The translations under genes and the position numbers were made by a program. DNA of 64,000 nucleotides, from NCBI GenBank assembly GCA_964016885.1, contig OZ024742.1, positions 235,476,001 to 235,540,000 on the forward strand, given 5' to 3'. This document shows positions 25,622 through 35,900 of this stretch, piece after piece. Within the stretch, counting starts at the first letter, position 1; every line of letters starts with the position of its first letter. The notes under the pieces are model-generated. The model did no database searches. It was not told the DNA's origin and was given only the letters and a program-made list of their open reading frames with translations. Source of the DNA: Eledone cirrhosa. Taxonomy: Eukaryota.

Positions 25622-25662
25622 GCACCTACGTACGTTTCGCCCGGATGGGCTTCTCAAGGGCA
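25622..25662 (-). ncRNA. Type I hammerhead variant with U3-A8 core, in the 3' region of the second PLE
   Basis: Minus strand: gccc TTGAGAA gccc atcc gggc GAA AC gtac GT A ggtgc, followed within about 10 nt by AATAAA. Confidence 0.7.
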
Positions 25663-26036
25663 TAAAGAACTAAAAGTGTTCCTTACATGGCCCGGAAAGT
25701 GTTTTTAGAGGTAAGTTCACGTCAGAGTTCATTCTTCGCAAAAAAAGCGTGTTTTGATTTTGCAGTAGGTCAAGGGAGGTAACTCTGGCTGGTGTTAGGG
25801 CAGTCTTTCCCGGACAAATTTTTTTATCCGTTACAAGATGTGGTTACAACCTTACCATTGTCGATAAGCACAGGGTCAGGTAAGCAACGTTTGTTTTGAG
25901 ACGTTTGTTTGTTGCACCTGCCCGCCTGGGCCATTTGAAGCTGGGTCTGGGATGCATGGTTAGTTTCCGGATGTTTTTTGCAGCGCCTGCCCGCCGGGGT
26001 GTTAAAGCTTGTTGCAGGGAGACCCGGTATACGGTT

Positions 26037-27218
26037 TCACTCCTCATCCTTATCCCATCTGGAGAAGGATATTTTTAAGCGATGTGTACAGCTTATCGTC
26101 GTTTCAGCTCTGCTGCCGATGAACTCGTGGGGTGCCGTTATGATGTGGTAGAGCTCCATGAGGCAAAGATCACACTTCCTCTTGAAGTTGTACGATGCAG
26201 CCCTGCCGACAATATCCCAGTGCGTGAAGAAGCTGATGTTTAAGTCTTTTAATGATGTGATGTAGTCCGCGAGCGAAGTGGAGTGTCTTAATTTCTTATT
26301 TGTGAAAGAGTGGAGATGTGTTCGAAATCTAATTTTGAACAGGCCAGAGGTAGCTCCTATATAATGATTAACGCTATTGTGGCTAGTTACAATGCACCTA
26401 TATATAACCCTATCAGTCAAGCAGTATCCCCTAAGGGGGCAGCGTCCCCAGTCGCGGCAGTTGCAATTTCTGTCGCGGTCCCTTCTAATTCCCACGGTAA
26501 GGCTATCACTATTGCTATCTACGTTGTTACCTACGCTCCCACATCTGTAGTTAGCACCATTATAACCCACTGTGCGCGGGGTGGTACCATTATTATTCCG
26601 CACGTCATGTCCTGCATGTTCCCCAATCATGTCGCGGTTATGCTGGTTGCGTCTGTGGAGGCTGTTGCCAACACTATTGGATGCTGCTAGGGAGTCGTTA
26701 AGGCCGATATAGTTATTGTCAGGTGTAGGTGCGTCTGTGCTAAGGTGCTGTGTCTTGGTGATCTTACTGTGATTAGTTGTTCCTATGATGCCTACTAGGT
26801 TAGGAGTAGTAGAGAAGGATATTTTTATATTGTTCCTATTAAGGATTTTTCTATACCTATGGTTGGGTGGGAAGTTCTTCTCTAAGGCTTCGAAGAATAT
26901 CTTGAGTATGTTGGAGGCCACACTCCGAGAGTAGGGGCTATGGAACCATAGGACGTTACGGTGGCGATTACGTGTCCTTGTACGTTTGCTACGGGTGGTT
27001 CCATCAGAGTGACCGTTCTTATGCATGTTAATGCACTGTAGCCCGCTATGTGCCCCTTTCACTTTATGCTCGGGTGCACTCTTCTTCCTTCTTCTATGTT
27101 TATGTACCGGAAGATGTTGGTTGGAAGGCGTTGGTAGTAGGCCGTCGCCTTTGTTGATTTTATAGTAGGGGAATAATTCGAGTAGGCTACAGTGGTCACC
27201 GTCACCGGGTCGTGATCT
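26037..27218 (-). mobile_element. 5'-truncated Penelope-like element: RT thumb/linker plus GIY-YIG endonuclease (Hydra-clade-like motifs)
   Basis: ORF 26037..27062, with the frame open to about 27218: RNVLWFHSPYS...KNFPPNHRYRKILNRNNIKISFSTTPNL; CNCRDWGRCPLRGYCL; VIYRC...YIGATSGLFKIRFRTH; KCDLCLME. Confidence 0.85.
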
Positions 27219-27447
27219 TTATTGTGTGGTAAGTTACCTATACTATCACCGGTGTAATTAACGTTGCGGCCGTGTTCCTTAGTGCGATTATCTATACTAT
27301 TACATCCGACTCCTACGAAGTCGCCGCGTGATCGGTTATAGGTATGGCTTACTATAACGTTCGTCTTATCAGGGGGGGGGGGGGGGGGGTTCTGGAGCTA
27401 CAGCGCATTAACATGCATAAGAACGGTCACCCTGATGGAACCACCCG

Positions 27448-27481
<34 letters not shown>

Positions 27482-27941
27482 ATATTAGAATTGGCGCTCT
27501 GAAATAGCGATATATATATGAATGTATATATAGTGTATTTTGCAATACACTGTATGCTTAATTAAAAGCATTTTGAAGACCATACGCTATTGTTTTAAAA
27601 TAGTGACAATCAGTTCCTGATTATTACTGAATCCTCTGTTCGATCATGAGTACCACGAGCTTGCCAGTTACGTAAGTCTGATATTTGATTTCGGATTCAT
27701 AGAAACACTTTAAACGTATAGCGTTTTATTTCTTCAGGTGTATTTTTCTCAACCTATTAGTTCTTTCGTTACTTTGGTATTGTGTGTGGGATTTTGCCTA
27801 CCACAATGTTCAATTTGTCAAGCTATTTAAACGTATGTTATTACTCTAAGGACCTACCTTGTCGAGTGCTTTGCTAACTCTTTCATATAGTAGGCCGAAT
27901 TTGCTTGCACACCGCCAGAGATTCGATTTTACTAAGTATCC

Positions 27942-28019
<78 letters not shown>

Positions 28020-28025
<6 letters not shown>

Positions 28026-28345
28026 GAAACAAAACAAACACAGGGACGCAAAATACACAGTTATATTAGGTTAACCCTTGCAGGAAATGGAAGAGGGTTA
28101 GACGTTTCGGACAGAAGTCCTTCATCAGGAACGTTCGGATAAGGAGAAAACAGGTGGGTATATGAAAGTGGTGTGTGAAAGATAGGAAAGGAAGTTAGGA
28201 AAATGGTGTTGTGAAGAGATTGATAGATAGTGGGTGGTAGGCGAAAGGTACGGCATTAGGGGTAGGAGCCGAAGAGGGGGTCCAATGGTCTTATGGGTGT
28301 GGTAATGTGTGTGCCGAAGGGATAAAATGTTCGTAAACTGAAACT
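28020..28345 (-). mobile_element. PLE pLTR remnant with hammerhead core at about 28098-28131
   Basis: Minus strand: ttc CTGATGA a ggac ttct gtcc GAAA cg TC taaccctcttcc...gttaacctaatata. The core and helix II are intact, but helix I is poor. Confidence 0.6.
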
Positions 28346-28362
28346 ATTTTCGCATACGAAAT

Positions 28363-28451
<89 letters not shown>

Positions 28452-28459
28452 GTGAAAGA

Positions 28460-28631
28460 CAGATAGATATCACCATAGTAACTAACTATACAGCAAGTGA
28501 CGCTTTCTCGCCGATACGCCAAGCTTATTCCCAACTATTGTTGCCTGCTTGTGTTTAGTTACTCGAGACACAGTTCGGGAACCGAGACTTTTTATGCTCG
28601 GAAAAATTGTTCGTGAACTGAGATTCCACTG
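28460..28631 (-). mobile_element. Possible pogo/Tigger-like DNA transposon end
   Basis: The minus strand begins cagtggaatctcagttcacgaac, which resembles Tigger-type TIR starts. No second end was found. Confidence 0.4.
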
Positions 28632-28654
28632 TGTGTGTGCGTGCGTGTGCGTGT

Positions 28655-28781
<127 letters not shown>

Positions 28782-28801
28782 CATATACATACATACATAC
28801 A

Positions 28802-28885
<84 letters not shown>

Positions 28886-28890
<5 letters not shown>

Positions 28891-29070
28891 AAAATGTATG
28901 ACCCCGACGGCAGAGCTCAAGCCGTTTCGACGGCTATTTCTGGAAATAGCCGTCAAAACGGCTTGAGCTCTGCCGTCAAGGTCATACATTTTCCTATTAC
29001 CCACTCTACTACCCTAAGTATCGAGTACTCTGGTGCGTTATGGTCTATCTGGTTCCTTACCACAACTCCG

Positions 29071-29072
<2 letters not shown>
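28886..29072 (+). mobile_element. Family X element with ~110-bp fold-back palindrome
   Basis: ataggaaaatgtatgaccccgacggcagagctcaagccgtttcgacggctatttc tg gaaatagccgtcaaaacggcttgagctctgccgtcaaggtcatacattttcctat, embedded in (TA)n. Confidence 0.8.
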
Positions 29073-29127
<55 letters not shown>

Positions 29128-29131
<4 letters not shown>

Positions 29132-30071
29132 TATATATACGTACATACATATATGCATACAGACGTACAGTAGTATGTATATATATATACATACATGCAC
29201 ACACATATATATATGTACGTATGGATTCACCGAACATTTATTATAATGCTCGGTGTGTTTGTAAACACACCCTAATTTGCATATCGAGTGAGGTAATCGG
29301 TCGGGGTACCGAAAACGGAAAAAATGAAACGAAATTTCATTTCTCACTTTTAGTGCGGCTGTTACTTAAATATAAGTATGTATACGTACATACATATATG
29401 TATACAGACGTACAGTACTAGACACTGTACGGCTTAATTCGGGATGTTTGTTTACAAACACACCGAGCATTATAATGAATGTTCGATGAATCCACACGTA
29501 CATATATATATATGTGTGCATGTATGTATATATATACATACTACTGTACGTCTGTATACATATATGTATGTACGTATATATACTTATATTTAAGTAACAG
29601 CCGCACTAAGAGAGAAATGAAATTTCGTTTCATTTTTTCCGTTTATCGTTTTCAGTACCCCGGCCGATTAACTCCCTCGATATGCAAATTAGGCTGCTCA
29701 GCCGTTAATATGCATAAGGAAAGTATATACTTTCAGTCGTTCAATCATCTGGCAGGAAGGTATACGTTGCTGACGATAGCTAATAAGCTTGAAATTAGTA
29801 CAGCGTTCCTTTGTCAGTGTTGAACAAATGAGCAACGATCGTTGCTGGACACTGTACGGCTTAATTCGGGATGTTTGTTTACAAACACACCGAGCATTAT
29901 AATGAATGTTCGGTGAATCCATACGTACATATATATATATGTGTGCATGTATGTATATATACATACATACTACTGTACGTCTGTATACATATATGTATGT
30001 ACGTATATATACTTATATTTAAGTCACACCCGCACTAAGAGTGAGAAATGAAATTTCGTTTCATTTTTTCC

Positions 30072-30076
<5 letters not shown>
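29128..30076. mobile_element. Second array of the hammerhead-bearing tandem unit: a deleted copy, then about 1.5 inverted copies (427-bp period)
   Basis: 29128-29416 is collinear with the 20012 unit but lacks the HHR segment. 29421-30076 is its reverse complement, with gacactgtacggcttaattcggg at 29421 and 29848. Confidence 0.8.
29764..29806 (+). ncRNA. Minimal type I hammerhead ribozyme
   Basis: acgttg CTGACGA t agct aata agct t GAAA ttag TA cagcgt. Helix I is fully paired (one G-U). Confidence 0.8.
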
Positions 30077-30120
<44 letters not shown>

Positions 30121-30562
30121 TATACATATACATATCAATTTGAGATGTATGTATTTTGATGGAGTGAAGGTGGATCTTTTTGCTTTAAGTACATAACACT
30201 GTTAACTAATATTGTAATGTCGAAAGACCAGTCCAGAAGCCATACAACTACATTTTTCTCATCAACTTCTAATGGCGTCAGTGATATAAGCCAGATGTGC
30301 AAGGGAGGCAACTGTAATAACTGCGCTGTTTAGAGCTGTATTATATAGTTAATGCTGGTGTTTGGTGTAAAACTGTTTGCTGGTATGTTTATGTATGTGT
30401 ATGTCTGTGTATAAGTGTTTAAATATATGTGTATGTATGTGTGTATAAGTGGGTGTAAATGTATGTAGGTATATATATATACACACACGTATATATACAT
30501 ATAGATAGATACTTATACTTGTATGTATATTTGCATGCACGCATGTATATAAGCGCATATAT

Positions 30563-30775
30563 ATAGGAAAAAGTATGACCCCGACGGCAGAGCTCAAGCT
30601 GTTTCGACGGCTATTTCTGGACGACTATTTCTGAGTCCAGAAATAGCCGTCGAAACGGCTTGAGCTCTGCCGTCGGGGTCATACTTTTTCTTCCTATTTC
30701 CCACTCTACTACCCTAAGTATTGATTACTCTGGTGCGTTATGGTCCATCTGGTTCCTTACCACATTTCCTTCGTT
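30563..30775 (+). mobile_element. Family X element with fold-back palindrome
   Basis: gtatgaccccgacggcagagctcaagctgtttcgacggctatttctggac...gtccagaaatagccgtcgaaacggcttgagctctgccgtcggggtcatac, followed by the family X tail. Confidence 0.8.
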
Positions 30776-30813
30776 ATATATATATATATATATATATACA
30801 TACACACACACGT

Positions 30814-30900
<87 letters not shown>

Positions 30901-31289
30901 TATATATATATATATACACACGTATATATATATATATATATATATACTCACACGTATATATACATATAGATAGATACATATACGTACATACACGTAGGTA
31001 TATATGCGTGTATATATATATATTTATAATCACACACACACAAAAGGGCGCAGAGGCAGATGATCAAGTAGGACTTACAAAGAGGTGCTATAAAAGAGCA
31101 TTAAAGACAAAATAAAATAAATGTTATTGTCAGATCGTTGGTGATGTGGTTAGTAAACATTATAACCTTGTAGATTTACAGCAGGTTCACTTAACGTTAG
31201 ATTTTTTGTTTATTTGGGAAATATAGTGGTTACCTACTTATCCATTTGCCTAGCTTCTTTCCTGTCTACCTCCCATTCGGCGGCCTGCT

Positions 31290-32057
31290 TGCCTTCCTGC
31301 CTACCTACCTCTCTCCCTGCTACTCTACTTCCTTGCCTACCTACTTACATACCTACCTACCTACCTACCTACCTACCTACCTACCTACCTACCTACCTAC
31401 CTACCTACCTACCTACCTACCTACCTACCTACCTACCTACCTATCTACCTACCTACCTATCTACAATCCAACTTACCTACCCACCTACCCACTTACCTAC
31501 CTACCTACCTACCTACCCACTTACCTACCTACCTACCTACCTACCTACCTACCTACCTACCTACCTACCTACCTACCCACCCACCCACTTACCTACCTAC
31601 CTACCTACCTACCTACCTACCTACCTACCTACATACCTACCTACCTACCTACCTACCTACCTACCTACCTACCTATCTACCTACCTACCTATCTACAATC
31701 CAACTTACCTACCCACCTACCCACTTACCTACCTACCTACCTACCCACTTACCTACCTACCTACCTACCTACCTACCTACCTACCTACCTACCTACCTAC
31801 CTACCTACCCACCCACCCACTTACCTACCTACCTACCTACCTACCTACCTACCTACCTACCTACCTACCTACCTACCTACCTACCTACCTACCTACCCAC
31901 TTACCTACCTACCTACCTACCTACCTACCTACCTACCTACCTACCTACCTACCTACCTACCTACCTACCTACCTACCTACCTACCCACCCACCCACCTAC
32001 CTACCTACCTACCTACCTACCTACCTACCTACCTACCTACCTACCTACCTACCTACT
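31290..32057. repeat. (ACCT)n tetranucleotide array, about 770 bp
   Basis: Read directly. The marker acaatcc at 31463 and 31695 shows a 232-bp internal duplication. Confidence 0.97.
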
Positions 32058-32464
32058 ATGGTCATTTCTAGGCAAATGTTTCAGTTAAAATTTCAGTTTT
32101 AGTCGATTGGAATTTCGGGGGTTATCAATAGTTATTTATTAGATTAATTTTTATTAACCCTAACTACATTTATTCTTACAGTTATAATTTGCGTTTTCCT
32201 GAAAATTATTTTCGTGGCTTCACTTTTGTTATTGGCTGCCTGCACTTACGTTTATGACCCTCTTATCGAGGTCGATAAATAAAGTACCAATCCATGACAG
32301 TGGGTCTAAGGAATTGTTAAGTGTCGAACGATGATATCTTGCGTTATCTCTTTCAGAGTTCTGAAATGGCCGGCAACGACACTGGTACCAAGCTTTATCT
32401 GCCCTTGGGCAACATCGCTGACGTGAAGATCGGAGGATTAGATGTACAGGCGACTGTTAGTCTC

Positions 32465-32485
32465 CACACACACAAACACACACGC

Positions 32486-32571
<86 letters not shown>

Positions 32572-32880
32572 GCACACACACACGCACGCACACACACACA
32601 CACACACACACAACACACACAACACACACAACACACACACACAGACACACACACAAACAGACACACTCAGAAAGTCACACACACATATACTCTCACACAC
32701 ACACTAACACAAATACACACACAAAAACTTACACACACACATACACACACTAACACCCACGCACACATACTAATACCCCCTACACCCACACACACATACT
32801 AATACCCCCTACACACACACACACGCAACTACCCCCCCCCCCCCGGCGCCCAAATACACACATACGAACACCCACACACA
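32465..32880. repeat. (CA)n-rich microsatellite tract
   Basis: Read directly. Many other (TA)n, (CA)n and (GA)n tracts occur between 15.1 and 31 kb (e.g. 15736-15803, 21833-21905, 25030-25214, 28365-28447). Confidence 0.95.
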
Positions 32881-32992
32881 AACGTTTGCCAAGGGCGTCA
32901 CCTTGGAGAGGAACTGCCGAGGTACCGATTTATGTTCTCGCAAGACATACGCCGTCTCCGGTATATACAGATTAAGAAAGGAGAATAGCATA

Positions 32993-35900
32993 TGAGATGG
33001 AAGGTGACTGTATCAGAGCTAATGTAGTGGAAAGGTGACTGTATCAGAGCTATTGTAGTAGAAAGGTGACTGTATCAGAGCTATTGTAGTTGAAAGGTGA
33101 CTGTATCAGAGCTATTGTAGTAGAAAGGTGACTGTATCAGAGCTATTGTAGTAGAAAGGTGACTGTATCAGAGCTAACGTAGTTGAAAGGTGACTGTATC
33201 AGAGCTATTGTAGTAGAAAGGTGACTGTATCAGAGCTATTGTAGTTGAAAGGTGACTGTATCAGAGCTAACGTAGTTGAAAGGTGACTGTATCAGAGCTA
33301 TTGTAGTAGAAAGGTGACTGTATCAGAGCTATTGTAGTTGAAAGGTGACTGTATCAGAGCTATTGTAGTAGAAAGGTGACTGTATCAGAGCTATTGTAGT
33401 AGAAAGGTGACTGTATCAGAGCTATTGTAGTTGAAAGGTGACTGTATCAGAGCTAACGTAGTTGAAAGGTGACTGTATCAGAGCTATTGTAGTTGAAAGG
33501 AGACTGTATCAGAGCTAACGTAGTAGAAAGGTGACTGTATCAGAGCTATTGTAGTTGAAAGGTGACTGTATCAGAGCTATTGTAGTAGAAAGGTGACTGT
33601 ATCAGAGCTATTGTAGTTGAAAGGAGACTGTATCAGAGCTAACGTAGTAGAAAGGTGACTGTATCAGAGCTATTGTAGTTGAAAGGTGACTGTATCAGAG
33701 CTATTGTAGTAGAAAGGTGACTGTATCAGAGCTATTGTAGTAGAAAGGTGACTGTATCAGAGCTATTGTAGTTGAAAGGTGACTGTATCAGAGCTAACGT
33801 AGTTGAAAGGTGACTGTATCAGAGCTATTGTAGTTGAAAGGAGACTGTATCAGAGCTAACGTAGTAGAAAGGTGACTGTATCAGAGCTATTGTAGTAGAA
33901 AGGTGACTGTATCAGAGCTATTGTAGTTGAAAGGTGACTGTATCAGAGCTAACGTAGTTGAAAGGTGACTGTATCAGAGCTAACGTAGTTCAAAGGTGAC
34001 TGTATCAGAGCTAACGTAGTTGAAAGGTGACTGTATCAGAGCTAACGTAGTTGAAAGGTGACTGTATCAGAGCTATTGTAGTAGAAAGGTGACTGTATCA
34101 GAGCTATTGTAGTAGAAAGGTGACTGTATCAGAGCTATTGTAGTTGAAAGGTGACTGTATCAGAGCTAACGTAGTTGAAAGGTGACTGTATCAGAGCTAA
34201 TGTAGTTCAAAGGTGACTGTATCAGAGCTATTGTAGTAGAAAGGTGACTGTATCAGAGCTATTGTAGTAGAAAGGTGACTGTATCAGAGCTATTGTAGTT
34301 GAAAGGTGACTGTATCAGAGTTAACGTAGTTGAAAGGTGACTGTATCAGAGCTAACGTAGTTGAAAGGTGACTGTATCAGAGCTATTGTAGTAGAAAGGT
34401 GACTGTATCAGAGCTATTGTAGTAGAAAGGTGACTGTATCAGAGCTATTGTAGTTGAAAGGTGACTGTATCAGAGCTAACGTAGTTGAAAGGTGACTGTA
34501 TCAGAGCTAATGTAGTTCAAAGGTGACTGTATCAGAGCTATAGTAGTAGAAAGGTGACTGTATCAGAGCTATTGTAGTAGAAAGGTGACTGTATCAGAGC
34601 TATTGTAGTTGAAAGGTGACTGTATCAGAGCTAACGTAGTTGAAAGGTGACTGTATCAGAGCTAACGTAGTTGAAAGGTGACTGTATCAGAGCTATTGTA
34701 GTAGAAAGGTGACTGTATCAGAGCTATTGTAGTAGAAAGGTGACTGTATCAGAGCTATTGTAGTAGAAAGGTGACTGTATCAGAGCTATTGTAGTAGAAA
34801 GGTGACTGTATCAGAGCTATTGTAGTTGAAAGGTGACTGTATCAGAGCTAACGTAGTTGAAAGGTGACTGTATCAGAGCTATTGTAGTAGAAAGGTGACT
34901 GTATCAGAGCTATTGTAGTAGAAAGGTGACTGTATCAGAGCTATTGTAGTAGAAAGGTGACTGTATCAGAGCTATTGTAGTTGAAAGGTGACTGTATCAG
35001 AGCTAACGTAGTTGAAAGGTGACTGTATCAGAGCTAACGTAGTTGAAAGGTGACTGTATCAGAGCTATTGTAGTTGAAAGGTGACTGTATCAGAGCTATT
35101 GTAGTAGAAAGGTGACTGTATCAGAGCTATTGTAGTAGAAAGGTGACTGTATAAGAACTAATGTAGTTGAAAGGTGACTGTATCAGAACTATTGTAGTTG
35201 AAAGGTGACTGTATCAGAACTATTGTAGTTGAAAGGTGACTGTATCAGAGCTATTGTAGTAGAAAGGTGACTGTATCAGAGCTATTGTAGTAGAAAGGTG
35301 ACTGTATCAGAGCTAACGTAGTTGAAAGGTGACTGTATCAGAGCTAACGTAGTTGAAAGGTGACTGTATCAGAACTATTGTACTAGAAAGGTGACTGTAT
35401 CAGAACTATTGTCCCAGAAAGGTGACTGTAACAGAACTATTGTAGTTGAAAGGTGACTGTAACAGAACTATTGTAGTGGAAAGGTGACTGTATCAGAACT
35501 ATTGTGAGATGGAAGGTGACTGTATCAGAGCTATTGTAGTAGAAAGGTGACTGTATCAGAGCTAACGTAGTTGAAAGGTGACTGTATCAGAGCTAACGTA
35601 GTTGAAAGGTGACTGTATCAGAACTATTGTACTAGAAAGGTGACTGTATCAGAACTATTGTAGCAGAAAGGTGACTGTAACAGAACTATTGTAGTTGAAA
35701 GGTGTCTGTAACAGAACTATTGTAGTGGAAAGGTGACTGTATCAGAACTATTGTAGTTGAAAGGTGACTGCATCAGAACTATTGTAGTAGAAAGGTGACT
35801 GTATCAGAGCTAACGTAGTTGAAAGGTGACTGTATCAGAGCTATTGTAGTAGAAAGGTGACTGTATCAGAGCTATTGTAGTAGAAAGGTGACTGTAACAG

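Noticed and set aside
27615-27722. ctgatta...tgaatcc...ggattca tagaaac as a possible long-helix-II hammerhead
   Set aside because: The core is altered and there is no convincing helix I or III; at best a relic.
31214-32088. 285-aa and 280-aa (PTYL)n ORFs; also (TAGG)n as a possible telomere repeat
   Set aside because: Pure (ACCT)n microsatellite translation. The unit is not TTAGGG and the tract is internal.
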